This document shows positions 33,747 to 47,080 of a stretch of 64,000 nucleotides of DNA, one piece after another. This DNA is from Octopus sinensis. Lineage: Eukaryota. The stretch lies in contig NC_043000.1 of assembly GCF_006345805.1 (NCBI RefSeq), forward strand, positions 66,402,001-66,466,000, written 5' to 3'. Under the pieces are notes generated by a model. That model was not told where the DNA came from. It did no database searches and saw nothing but the letters and a program-made list of their open reading frames with translations. The stretch's first letter is position 1; each line of letters opens with the position of its first letter. Position numbers and translations under genes: made by a program.

Positions 33747-34749
33747 GATACTCAGAGACCAAATGGTCATGGCTGTAGAGCCTTTGATTGTAGGAATAAG
33801 ACTAACTTGGGATTAAACAACAATAAAACAATTCAGTTTAGTTATCACACTTTGTTTAGTGACAATGTGCTTTCACAAGATGTGATGACCACAAAGCCAA
33901 TACTGTTAGCCATTTTCTTTAGTAGTACAAAGGAAGATTTGTTATATATGTACTTATTTCATCATTATTATCATTGTAGTTGTTATTGTTGTTGAGTGAT
34001 ATTTTCTTTTGTCTGAATTAAACCCACTTGGAAGCTATAACCAACAGTACTATTGTTTACAAAATTTGTATGTTATAAAAAGAACTGGGACCAAATATCT
34101 CAAATACATAGATCTGCATTTGGATTATTTATACTGTTGCCTAATGTTTTCTGTTTTTTTTTTTAATTGTTTCATTCATTAGACTGTGACCATGCTGAAG
34201 AATTTTAGTCAAATGAATCAATCCCAGTACTAATCTTTTAGTTAAGCCTGCTACTTATTCTATCAGTCTCTTCTGCTGAACTGTTAAATTACAGGGATGT
34301 GAATACACAGATATGAAGACACACACAATCACACACACACACACATATAGATAAACTACAAGAGTCTTTTAGTTTCCATCTACCAAATCCACTTACAAGG
34401 CTCTGGTTGGCCTAAGACTATAGTAGAACACTTGCCCAAGGTGCCAAACACTTGGATTGAACTTGGAACCATGTGGTTGGGAAGCAAGCTTCTTACCATA
34501 CAATTGAAATATGAATTAGTGTTATAGAAAGAGATCTAATGTATTTAGTGTATATGGCAGATATATATTTTATAATGCAGCAGAACTGTGTCAGGTTGTA
34601 GATTGTGACAACATTTTTCAACACTTTATAATATGCAGTACTATCACAAAACTAAAGTGAAAGTGAATATAATTGTTAACGTGTGTATTTTAAATGGCTG
34701 TTGTAACTCTTCCACCATGTAAATATTTTATAATGTTTTATATTAATAG

Positions 34750-34986
34750 GACCAAGCACATGAAGAAAAGGATACTCTGAACTCCAATGGCTGTATTGAA
34801 TATACTGGAAGAATCCGCAATCGTCTCTGTTTAGTTTTAGATTGTCTTATTCCCCACGATTTTAGTAGTAAAACATCTGATCTCATAAATCTTCAGCATT
34901 ATGTGATCAAAGAGAAGAAACTTAGTGAAAAAGAAGCTGTCATAATTTTTGCTGATATCGTGAGAATTGTTGAAAGTTTACACAAA
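34750..34986 (+). CDS. STK40: STK40 coding exon 4
   Basis: DQAHEE...RLCLVLDCLIPHDFSSKTSDLINLQHYVIKEKKLSEKEAVIIFADIVRIVESLHK; 237 nt, phase 0->0. Confidence 0.96.
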
Positions 34987-35314
34987 GTATGTTTTTCTTT
35001 TTTTAACTAATGATCTTAAGGTACAGCATGCAAAAGTAGCTTAAATTTTTTAATATTTTCTTTAATTAGATTTTTCTGATACCAAAAATATAATCTCCCT
35101 TTTGCCTCTTTTTTGTAATAATTTCACTAGATTTAGAGGCCCTTTGAATGAAGTATATCCAAAAGATATTATTATAAATAACAGTATTCCTATTAATTAT
35201 TAAAAGAGTATGACTTAGAAATATTCAATCTTCTGTTTCTACTAAGATTATTTTATTTAATATCAATAATGGTATTGAACTATTATTGATACTAAAAAAC
35301 AATGTTTTATTTTT

Positions 35315-36754
35315 GTTGATACTGAGTTCACAATGTCTCAACAATGGTGCTACTCCGGAGCAGTGGAAAACTGCCAGTGTCATTCCTCTGTTCAAAAAGG
35401 GTGACCGCACATCACCTGTCAACTATCGCCCAGTCAGTCTCACTAGCTGTATTGCAAAACTGATGGAATCGTGTGTCAGAGAAACACTCTGGAACTTCTG
35501 GAGCTCTCACAGTCTTATCCGACCCTCACAATATGGATTTGTCCCTAACTCCAGCTGCAGTGACCAGCTTGTCGAGTTCCTTGAGACATTACTCAGATCA
35601 CTGACAGTGGCTCATGGGTGGATGTTGTCTACCTTGACTTTGCTAAGGCTTTCAACTCTGTGCCACACAAAAGGCTTATGGTGAAACTCTCTGCAATGGG
35701 TGTGGGGGATGACCTTTTTAACTGGTTGAAATCCTTCATCCTCAGCCGAAAGGAGGTAGTCACAGTTCTAGGACAGCACTCTACACCATATGAGATGTCA
35801 TCGGGTGTACCACAGGGATCTGTCCTTGGTCCCCTCTTGTTTGTGGCATAATTAATGACATAGATGCCAATTTAAAGAATGCCACAGTATTGAAATATGC
35901 AGACGACATCAAGCTGTACCTTGAAATCAAGAGGACTGATCCTGATGTCTACAACTCTTTCCTGCAATCAGACCTAGACACAATGCAGCAATGGATCACA
36001 GACTGGCAACTGAAACTGGCTGTGGACAAGTGTACCACCATGCATTTTGGGAGAAAAAACCCTGCGTCCACATACTCCCTCCACAACACTGATATCAAGA
36101 AATCCTTATGCGAGCGTGACCTAGGCATCACTGTCAGCAGTGATTTGCGTTGGACAAAGCATATCTCTAAAATTGTCAAGAAGGCCGAGGGTGTCTTGGC
36201 ATCACTCAGCAAGACTTTTGTTAGCCACTCTCCAGCCATCTATTTAAAACTGTATACAGCTATGGTACGACCACACTTGGAATTCGCATCATCAGTTTGG
36301 AATCCCTATCTTGCTCAGAACATTGACCTCCTGGAATCTGTCCAGAGACGTGCAACCAACGCATACCCTCCATCAGACACCTACCATATTCTGAGCGCCT
36401 TGTTCCCTGGGCATGGATTCACTGAAGCTCCGGCGTCTGGCGACGGACTTGGTAAACACCCAAAGGTTATCAACCACCTCACCAACAACAACACTGAACA
36501 CCTTTTTGATCTCCATGTGTCTAACACATGTGGACATGCCTACAAAGTCAGAAAACAACACAGCTCCCATGACTTTCGGAAACATTTTTTCACGCTCAGG
36601 GTTGCTGAAGCGTGGAATAAACTGCCTGCATCAGTTGTTGACTGCCATGACACTGCATCCTTTAAGGCCCTCATGCTTCCCGAAATCCGTCGAAACTACA
36701 CCTGATTATATATACACTTTAGATGAGTTGTAGTGCACCTGAGCACTGTACACA

Positions 36755-36793
<39 letters not shown>
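35315..36793 (+). mobile_element. 5'-truncated CR1-like LINE (RT region) with (ATT)n tail, inactivated
   Basis: WKTASVIPLFKKG...NYRPVSLTS, VVYLDFAKAFNSV, GVPQGSVLGPLLF, KYADD, VRPHLEFASSVWNP, FFTLRVAEAWNKLP. Frameshifts plus a stop at 35849; tail 36755-36793. Confidence 0.92.
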
Positions 36794-37119
36794 TATAAGT
36801 TTATTTCCCTGTACTTTATCTTAAAGAGAAAGTAGAAATAATAAATTGCACTATATTTAAATTATAAATTTCCTTTTTAAGCTTCATAAAAGTTACAAGA
36901 AAAAAAATTATCAGCTAATTAGTGAACAAGTTATTTTGATTGGATTTTAATAACTTTCTTTTTTTAGTGATGATTAAACAGGCTTGTACCTTTTCAGTTT
37001 TACAGTTATACACAAATTAGATGTTTTTAATAAAGTTAATATAGAATTATATTTGAAATGCTTGTATCGCACTATAAATATTTTCATAATTTTACTTATT
37101 ATTCCATGATTCTTCTCAG

Positions 37120-37288
37120 AAAAATATCGTCCATCGTGATTTAAAACTTGGAAACATAGTGTTGAACAAACGATCAAGAAGAGTTACTATCACTAACTTT
37201 TGTCTTGGAAAACACTTGGTGTCCGAAAAAGATTTGTTAAAAGATCAGCGAGGAAGTCCTGCTTATATAAGCCCTGATGTGTTGAGTG
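37120..37288 (+). CDS. STK40: STK40 coding exon 5 (HRD loop; NFC in place of DFG)
   Basis: KNIVHRDLKLGNIVLNKRSRRVTITNFCLGKHLVSEKDLLKDQRGSPAYISPDVLS[G]; 169 nt, phase 0->1. Confidence 0.97.
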
Positions 37289-39998
37289 GTAAGTAAAATT
37301 TATTAAATGCTAATTGCTATTGTTTATTAATTGATTATAATGAAAATTCATAATTAAGTGATAATGGATTGCAGTCTACAAAAGAAAGAAATAATAACTG
37401 ATATTAAAAGAAAAACTTTGAAACTTGGTGAAAGGCAATTAAATTAGCGATAAAGTTAATGAACTAGTGGAAACATATATATCTCATTAACATACCTTTC
37501 ACACCCACGTTTTCATGCTAGCATGGATTATGTGCCTCCTGACATTCTCCTTTTCCCTTTCTGTCTGCTTAGCTGTCTTGTCCTGTAAGATCTACTTTTC
37601 TCTGATCTACTCTCGGCAGGAATCTTAGAAAGAAGACACATTGTGCTATCACTAGTATCCTTCCTAACACATTTTATCTACTAAATACAAGAACTTGTCA
37701 ACTGTTTCTTGTTCAAAATCACAATAGGCATTGCTGATTTTCTGTTAGCCGACTTAAAATCACGATACCATTGTGGTCCATTGTCTTAGTAACATTAAGC
37801 AAATACTCAAAAATTACATATTTAGTGTTTGCCTTTCTGTTTGTCTAATTAAATTATAATTAATTATGGTATTGTTTGGCTTCTGTTTTACTCAACTGCA
37901 ACTTTTCAATTAAATTTGTTGGTATACAATATGATATATGTTTTGATGTGGATTGTGTAAAACTATTTATTATTCCAACACTTCAGAAATATTATCTCTG
38001 TTTAAATTAATTAGTTTCAAAATTATCCTACAGAGAAAACTAATTATATTAGGCATTAACAACATATTGTGTTCTCTTTCTAAAGCCATTTATATTTAGA
38101 ACCTCTGTTTTGAAATGACTAGCTTGCTGTCTATAGATGCAAATATGTCTTTGAGGTTAACAAGTTTGTTTCACAACTATGTGATTTTGGATTTGATCCT
38201 ATTTCTTAGCACCATAGGCAAGTGTCTCTTACTGTAGCCTTAGATTCACTAATACCTTGTGTTTAGAATTTGGTAGATGGAAACTATGCAGAAATTCATT
38301 GTGTGTGTGTGTGTGTGCTTACAATGGTCTAAAAAAAACTGCTGTCTTTTATGTTGTATACTTTTATATCCTGTAGCTCAGATAAAATGATAGACTGAAA
38401 TAAGTACTGGGGTTAATGCGATTGACTGAACCCTTAAAATGGTGCCCTGCCTAGCCACAGTCCAATGATTGAAACCAATAAAAGACTAAATGAATATTCA
38501 TTATCCTTATTACATTATTTTTACAATAAAATTTTCTCTAAATGTCAAATTATCAGTATTCGATTACTTTAAGTCTGAACAAGAGCAAAATATATTTTCT
38601 CTTTCTCACACAGCCATTGAAAAGAACAGAACATGTTGGTTGGATGTAAACTAAAGTACATATTATTTAAACCTATTCTCTTCTTTGAATATTGAATTCT
38701 ATGAATCCAATTCTCAGCCAAGTTATTGCTTACAGATATATTAAGTCATTCATTTTGAATTGATTTCATATCACTATGGAAAGTTGATGCTTAAACTGTT
38801 TGTTAACATAGTTCTGTTGAAATACAGTCTTTGTTCAATTAATTTTGAAAATAATGGAGAATTCAGTAAGATAACTTTGTCATTATTAAGCTGGTATTTG
38901 CAACATAAATTAACTTGAAATTTCAATAGAAGGTTTTAATTTAAATAAACAGGAAGTTTATATCATAGAGCCAGGGCAGTTTAGTATCGAAAACATTAAT
39001 TGATGAGGGTTATAAGAAAAGGTTGCAGGATGTTGGTAATGATGGTGAGTTAATAAGCCACAGATTACAAGTGTTTACTAATTTAATCAGGTTTGTATCT
39101 ATACAAAAAGAATGTCCTGCATTGTTAACCAAACATATTTAAATGTTATATAAATCAATGTAAGTTATACAGAGTTGGTTAGTAATGATCATTTTTAATA
39201 TATTTTATCCTAATATTGTGTGTCAGATAGATGAATAACTGTAATAACTATTACCATTTATGTGATCACTCAGCTCATTATAAAACTAGAGCAGTGTCTT
39301 TAGACCAGTGTTTTTCATTGGTGGGGTTTGTGACCTGTGCACCACAACAGAATGTAGATCCTAAAACCAAGGTGCCACAAAAAAGCATTAGTGTAGATGC
39401 TGGTGCCATGTAAAAAGCACTGGTGCTAGTGCCACATAAAAAGCACCCATTACACTCAGTGAAGCAGTTAGCATTAAGAAGGGCATCCAGTCATAGAAGT
39501 CAAGCCAAAACAGACTATGGAACCTGGTGCGTCCCCTGACCTTGTCAGTTCCTGTCAAGCCATCCAACACATGCCAGCACGGAAAACAGATGTTAAATGA
39601 TGGTGATGAGGATTAAAAAAAGGGTGAACAAATTGCCATGTTAAATAAAATTAAGATGACTTTTGAAACTTGCCCAACATCATGATAAAGAAAAGACAGT
39701 TATATGGAAGCAAACTCTATTTTGCATTCTCATTAATGAAGGTGAGAGTAAAACATTTCCCCAGTATTTTAGTGAGAGGGTATCTGGTATTTGTCATTTT
39801 GGGATCCACGACTCTGGACAGATCCAAATCAGTTTGGACCATGAATTCAGTTATAGCTTATAAACTCAAATAGTTTATTTTTTACCAGTTTTATTTTTTC
39901 TATTATAATAGTCCAATTCATGCCAGCACAGGAAAATGGACATTAAATGATGATAATGATATATGAAATTCTTTTGTTTACATGGTTTGAAATATTAA

Positions 39999-40232
39999 CC
40001 CTTTTACTGTGGAAAGTAGATATATCCACTGAAAATTATCCTAAACGGCAGGAAGCAGTTTTATATACCAACCTATCTTTAATTGAGGAATGTCATGTTT
40101 GAAACTTTCCTGTTGAGATATGTCAAGTTTATTGAGGCAATGTGGCTTGCAGAAAATACAAATTGTACTTTATGGTAGTTATTTAGCATCATTATTGGAA
40201 TAACCATGAAATTTAATTTCACAGTGAAAGGG
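39999..40232. mobile_element. TTAA-flanked (piggyBac-like) MITE
   Basis: TTAA|CCCTTTTACTGTG ... CACAGTGAAAGGG|TTAA: 13-bp TIR with one mismatch. Confidence 0.75.
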
Positions 40233-40370
40233 TTAAAGTGGTAATAATTTTCAGATCTAATGCTGTAAGTTGTTATTGTACTTTTTTTTATTCTTTTATG
40301 TTTTAGCCCAAAGGCTGTGGCCATGTTGGAGCGCCATGTGTAATTTTTCTTTTTTCCACTATATTTTCAG

Positions 40371-40515
40371 GTAAACCGTATTTAGGAAAACCAAGTGATA
40401 TGTGGGCTCTTGGAGTAGTTCTATTCACTATGATTTATGGACAGTTCCCATTCTATGACAGTGCACCTCAAGAATTATTTCGAAAGATTAAAGTAGCTGA
40501 ATATAGTATACCATC
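40371..40515 (+). CDS. STK40: STK40 coding exon 6
   Basis: [G]KPYLGKPSDMWALGVVLFTMIYGQFPFYDSAPQELFRKIKVAEYSIP[S]; 145 nt, phase 1->2. Confidence 0.97.
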
Positions 40516-40819
40516 GTAAGAGATGATTGTTCACATTTCCTCTATGTTTTATACTTGATCTTTTGACTTTTGAACATGAAGATTTCTTAAGCTACAAAAA
40601 GAGATTAATACTGGTTAATTGTTAATATGAGTAGAGCAGAATTGAGATGAGTTAAGAGTGCAGTGTATTTGGAGACTAACATTGAGAAACGTGGAAGGGC
40701 AGAGAAAATTGAATAGATTATATCAAAAAATTTTATCTAAGAAACTTGATACTTGATATTAGCAGTATTATTAGCAGTATTAAAAATATGTTAACATCAG
40801 TAGTTTTAAAGGTGTGTTG

Positions 40820-41010
40820 ATCATCATCATCATCATCATTTAGCGTCCGCTTTCCATGCTAGCATGGGTTGGACGGGTCAACTGGGGTCTGTGAAGCTGG
40901 AAGGCTTCGTCAGGCCCAGTCAGATCTGGCAGTGTTTCTACGGCTGGATGCCCTTCCTAACGCCAACCACTCCGCGAGTGTAGTGGGTGTTTTTTACGTG
41001 CCACCTGCAC
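40820..41010 (-). mobile_element. RTE tail, antisense to STK40
   Basis: (CAT)n then TTTAGCGTCCGCTTTCCATGCTAGCATGGGTTGGACG...GTGCCACC; a young copy with CpGs retained. Confidence 0.85.
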
Positions 41011-42358
41011 AGATATTAAGGGTTTATAGACCCTGACTGACCAAAACCATGTAAGTGAATTTGGTAGATGGAAACTAAAATAAGGCCTTCATGTAGATAT
41101 ATATCTATGTATATATGTGCCTGATTGTTTGTTTACTTGTATGCTCTGTGAAAGTCACTACAAGTGGTGTTGCTTTTATCACTTCTGTCAATAAATCATC
41201 TGCTTGCTTTTTGTTTGAAAATATCTGAAATAAGAGACCCCTTACTTGCAAAACAGGTAAGGATTAGGGCCAAGAAGGACATATGCCTGTACAACAATGC
41301 CTCAATAATATGTTTGTCAGAGTTATACCACTTTGGGAAAATGAACATGAAACAAGCAACTTGTATATATATGTGTGTGTCATCATCATATAACACCCAT
41401 TTTCCATGCTGGCATGGGTTGGACAGTTTGACAGGAGCTAGCAAAGTAGGAGACTGCAACAGGCTTCATTGTTTGTTTTGGCATGGTTTTTACAGCTAGA
41501 TGCCCTTCCTAACACCAACCACCTTACAGAATAGACTGGCACCAGCACTGACGAGGTCTGTTTTGGCATGGTTTTTAATAACTGGAAGCCCTTCCTAATA
41601 CAACCAATTTACAGTGTGGACTGGATGCTTTTTACATGGCAGCAGCACTGGCATGGTCACCAAGTAAATCACAAGACACGGATCCTTTGAGAGGTGGAGT
41701 ATTGGGGGAGGTGAATTTGTGCCAAGTGATGTAAGGTTAGAGTATGACAGAGGGACAGATATAGGTGTCTTGTTGTAGAGGAGATGCATGATTACCCCAT
41801 CAGAGAGAGGGATCAAATATATAGGCTTGTCGATACATATATTCACTAGCACCTTCATTTATGTGTGTGTAAGTATGCATAAAATTACATGTCAACTTTG
41901 CCTTTGATTTTTCTGAGCTTGATAAAATAAAGTGTCAGTGTAGTACTAGATTTAATTTACTCAGTTGATATTGGAGCCTACTAGATTTCTTCAAACAAGA
42001 CACTGGCTAGGAAGCCCAAATGAATCTTCATCTGCTTTAACTTTAAGGATGGATAGGGGTATTAAACTCCAATGGCCATAGTATTCCTGTGAAAAGTAAC
42101 AAGTTATGAAGTTTGAAACACTTTGTGTCTACTGTAAGTTGACAGAAGAAATACTACTAATAAAATGATAAATATTGAGTTTGGAGTAGAATATAATTTA
42201 TTTTAGGTGTGCAGCAATAAGTTCTTATTTTAGTTTCAATATTTATAAAAATTTTTTTTTACAATTTTAAGAAAAGAAAAAAAGAGTTAAGCAATTTGAA
42301 ACTCTCACTATATATTGCCCATATTTTTGACATTATTTTGCTTTTATTTTTCACCAAG

Positions 42359-42478
42359 GGACAACAATATATCTCAAGACACAATTTTAGTGATAAGGAA
42401 ACTTTTAATTCTTGACCCCAATACAAGACTTGCAGCTACAGAAGTTCTTGATACGTTGGCTGTTATTATAGCCAATTG
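42359..42478 (+). CDS. STK40: STK40 coding exon 7
   Basis: [S]DNNISQDTILVIRKLLILDPNTRLAATEVLDTLAVIIAN[W] (human IRKLLVLDPQQRLAAADVL...IIASW); 120 nt, phase 2->2. Confidence 0.95.
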
Positions 42479-42654
42479 GTAAGTTACTAAATCTCTTAAT
42501 TCTTGTAATTAGTATATTGACATTGTTAAAATTTTAAATATAATTTTTAAAATGTCAGCTACATGTCAGTTGTCTCATTGTTATCTTTCTTTGCTTTTAA
42601 CTTTGATATTTATTTTTGACAAAATTAGATTAGATTTATTACACTTTGATCTTA

Positions 42655-43055
42655 GCCAAAAGGCCGAGCATCGCCTTACTGGCACTCGAGCCCCATGCTA
42701 GTAGGGTATTAAGAGCACCATCCGAGTGTGATCGTTGCCAGAGTGGCCATCTGGCCTCTGTGTCGGTGGCACGTAAAAGACACCATTTGAGCGTGATCCT
42801 TACCAGTATTGCCTTACTGGCACCTGTGCCGGTGGCATGTGTAAAAGATTCGAGCGAGGTTGTTGCCAGTACCGCCTGACTGGCCCCATGCCGGTGGCAC
42901 ATAAAAGCATCCACTACACTCTCGGAGTGATTGGCGTTAGGAAGGGCATCCAGCTGTAGAAACTCTGCCAGATCAAGATTGAAGCCTGGTGCAGCCATCT
43001 GGTTTGCCAGCCCTCAGTCAAATCGTCCAACCCATGCTAGCATGGAAAGCGGACG
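42655..43055 (+). mobile_element. RTE 3' UTR/tail with divergent hairpin-array units
   Basis: Units carrying GCCAG..CTGGC and GTGCCGGTGGCA hairpins, then the conserved tail. Confidence 0.8.
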
Positions 43056-44004
43056 TTAAACGACGAATGATAGATTAGATTTATTATCTTCAATGCATTA
43101 TGTAACATGATTTGTACGAAAGAATTTTTTTCACATCAAGAATGATTTCTTCTTTAGGAAATAGTTGGAATTCGTATATACCAATTAATGTAGATTAAAT
43201 CAGTTTACTACCAGTACTTATTTTTATCAAACCCTGAAGATAAAAAGCAACGGTTGTTATTTAGCTACAGGTCTCCCTTGGTCAAGCCTGATCTATGATC
43301 AAAAGCAGTTTTCAGCCATGAACATCTTCCATTTTATTCAGGTGTTTTGTATCTTCCTCTACATTAGCCAATGCATCCTTCTTGTTTTAAGATAGCAAGG
43401 TATGACACACAGGAGATTTGGCTCTATTTTCAACAGTTTGAGTGACCAAGCTGAGACTTGTGAAATGAAAAAACAATTTGGGTGAGATTTGAACACAGAA
43501 GCTTGACTACTGAAACTGAATACTGTAGTCATTTAGTTTTGTGCAAATTTGAAATTGAATCTCTCACTTCTCTAACAGAAAACAAAAGCTACTTTAATTC
43601 AATGCACATTTAAATCTAGTTTCCACTGAAGCCTGATTCCCCTTTAATTGCATTCATTTTGAAACAGGGTGGACACATTAGGTAGTGTGATCCTAGATAC
43701 TCAATGCTCATGGGAATACCTTTGAATATTGGTCTGCTCAGTCAGAATTAACTACAGTCTAAACAAATAACATTGAACATTATAACTTCAGACTGGTTTC
43801 AAAGATTAAGTGATGAAAAATGACTTTTCAATTAGATCCTGTTACTGACATTGTACTATTTTCTTGGGGTCGATAACTGCATCCCTCCAACTAATATAGT
43901 AGTATTTGCAGATATTTTCTAGAGTTATAATATATGGATAGTCATGATATTCTTGATAGACCGTATGGTAAAATACTGAGTAAGATTAGTGGCTGAGTTA
44001 TTTA

Positions 44005-44352
44005 AATTGCATGTATTATTCCAGTAGAAAAGGTATCAAATGGGAGCAATTTGCTATGGAGCAATTCTACTGTTTTTATTTCTAAGTTAACTGGTCCTGG
44101 GATATTCAGTGAGTAGGAATGTAAGAACAAATGGTAGTAGAATTGAGGAAGTTGTAGAGATGTAATGGGTAAAATGGAAAGTTGTGTGGGTCAAACTCAT
44201 CACTAAGGATGAGTACAAATATAGGTTGTGGATAGATAATAATTCAGGTATGCTGTTTGTAGAGAAGTAAATAAACTAAAAGGAAATTATAAGTTTTTGA
44301 ATTATGATTGCTCCCATTTGATACCTTTTCTACTGGAATAATACATGCAATT
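44005..44352. repeat. Perfect 46-bp inverted repeat enclosing 256 bp
   Basis: 44005-44050 AATTGCATGTATTATTCCAGTAGAAAAGGTATCAAATGGGAGCAAT is the exact reverse complement of 44307-44352. Confidence 0.95.
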
Positions 44353-44634
44353 CACAAACCAATGAGAAAGTCTCTCTATGGTGGCCCAACCAGCTAGAAA
44401 TAGCAGTCCAGAACTAGTCAACTGATAATTATGTGGAAGAGACTGTAGTTTGAACATGACTGATGGAAACAGATTTATGAGAGCTACTTTAATGGTAGAT
44501 AACTGGATTATTGTAATCATTTAAGAGAATTTTCACAGCTATTTTCAGTTAATATGTACTACCCACTTTTTTTTCTAATTACTTGAAATGTCTCCTTTTC
44601 TGTTCTTAATGCTTCATAAATGTGTTATTTTCAG

Positions 44635-44932
44635 GAGAGCAATGTCCAGTCGTGCTTTGCCTTTTCATACAGTGCCTGATATTGATGATGAAGAATCAAA
44701 AGAGCCAGATGTGAGTTTAGACAATTCGACAAATTCTTCAAATGGAACTGACCCAGAACTTAAGAAATCACAAAAGCCAACTGTAGATGTAAATTGGAAG
44801 CCAACATCAGTGCCTGAAAATATGCATCATAGACTTAATCGATTAAATAATTTAACTAACCAGTCTACTAGCCCAGAATCTCATTCTGCTTTTGATGCTT
44901 ATGTGCCATTCCGTCATTATCAATCTATATGA
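44635..44932 (+). CDS. STK40: STK40 coding exon 8 (last; VPD COP1-binding motif)
   Basis: [W]RAMSSRALPFHTVPDIDDEESKEP...HYQSI*. TTTTCAG acceptor; total CDS 1344 nt = 447 aa + stop; AATAAA at 44979. Confidence 0.92.
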
Positions 44933-47080
44933 ACCATTTTTGGAAACCTGTCCTATTTAATTTACCCAAACGAAACAAAATAAATACTTAGTTTTTAGAA
45001 AATATTTTATACACAACCAAACTGCATGTGTTGTTATTGATATTTACTTTCTCTTATTTTTCCTCAAAGATATTTTTGCACAAATATGTGTGGTGTTAGA
45101 TGTATTATTATCATCATTTTAATGTCTATCTTTCCATACTTGCATGGGTCAAACAGAATTCATTGAGACAAATATTTCTGTAGTCAGAGGCACTTCCTGT
45201 CACTGACCCTCTTTTGTTTCCAAGCAAGATAATATTTTCTCATGATCATTATCTGTTTTCCATGCTGGCATGGGTTGAACATTTTAATAGGAACCCATGA
45301 ACTGGAGGACTGCATTGAGCTCCAGTACCTGCTTTGGTATGGTTTCTACAGCTGCAATAGGGAAGTATTACATTGCCAGAAAACTGGTGAGGTTTGGCAA
45401 CAGGAAAGGTATCTGGCTGTAGAAAATCTGCCTCACTGATGAATTCTATTTGATGCTAGTATGGAAAAGTGGACATCAAAACAAATACTATATGTGACTG
45501 TGTGTGTATATACAATTTTCCAAGCTATTCATTGCCTTGCTGTCTTAACTGGCTGTGTAGTTAAGAAGTTTCCTTCTTAACGTAGCTTCAGATTAAATGA
45601 CTTCCATTGTAGTCTTCGCTAACCAATGCCTTGTATGTGAATTTGGCAGATGGAAACTATACCAATCCCATTTCGTGTTTGCATGCATACACTCTCTCTC
45701 ACACACACACACATATATATTTATATATATATATACAGGAGGGCAGTGATTCTAAATAAGAACTCAGATTGTAACCTGATCAACCCGTGCTAATATAAAA
45801 AGCAGATGTCAGAGAGTAAAGATCATGATGCTTTAAGACTGTAAAACATGATTTGGTGGAGATTTGATTGCTATTTCTTGCAGATCAAGCGGCCATGGTA
45901 GAAGCTTTTTTGTTAGTTTCATCATCAGCAAGTACTCTCTCTATTTCTCTCAACAAACAAATATCATCATCATTTAACATCCATTTTCCATGCTGGCATT
46001 GGTTGGACAGTTTGATGGGAGCTGGCAAGCCAGAGGACTGCATTGTTGTCTGTTGTGGCATGGTTTTTATATAGAATAATATTTTTATGTACTTAGTCTT
46101 GCTGTAAAATTAGAGAACTTTTTTTGGTTACTTGAAATGAAAACTGAATAAACCATGGAACTTGTGGAGGCAGACTTTACCTGTTTCTAAGTAAGGTAAT
46201 ATTTTCCCATGGCCAGACCGGTTTTCACAGAAGATTGGAACTAAAGAACACTTTTTCTCAAAGATATTTTCACACAAGTATGTGTGGTGTTAGATGTATT
46301 ATTATCATCATCATCATTTTAATGTCCACCTTTACATACTTGCATGGGTCAAACAATTCATTGAGACAAATATTTCAGTAGTCGGAGGCCCTTTCTGTCA
46401 CTGACCCTCTCTATCATGCAATGTCAAGGCAAGTAGAGAGATACATGCACATATATATATATATATGACTGGCTTCTTTCAGTTTCCATCTACCAAATCC
46501 AATCACAAGGTTTGATTGGCTCGACACTTGCTCAAGGTGTTATGCAGTGGGGCTGAACCTGCAACCATGTGGTTTCAAAGCAAGTTCTTAACACACAGCC
46601 ATGCCTGCACTACTTTGTAAATGAGCAGAAAGAATTTCACAGGTTAATCGACACAGTTAAGCAATAAAATTTTGAAAGGAATTGTTTCTCTTACAAAAAA
46701 AATGAGAAAGAAAAAAAAAAAATTGTCAGAATTTGTGTGCATGTCACAAAAGACTTTTGGAAGAAAAAAAAAACAAACTCATAAAAATTTCAGTTGTTTT
46801 ATTTTATATTTTAAATAACTTCAAACAAATTTAACTTTAAAATCCAAGCTAAAAATAACAACTTAAATTACAATAAATTTATTTAATATAAAAAAAAGTA
46901 AAACAAAATATTTTAATCTTTCTTCAAAGAATAAGATACTAATCCGGTTTTAGACTAGCATAATACTGTTACAACTACAAAAAGTTCCATCATAATATCA
47001 CATTTTTATCATTAAACACATAATACATAATAGTTTGCCATAATCACCAAATGCAAGACAAAATATTTTTGTTCCTTTAA

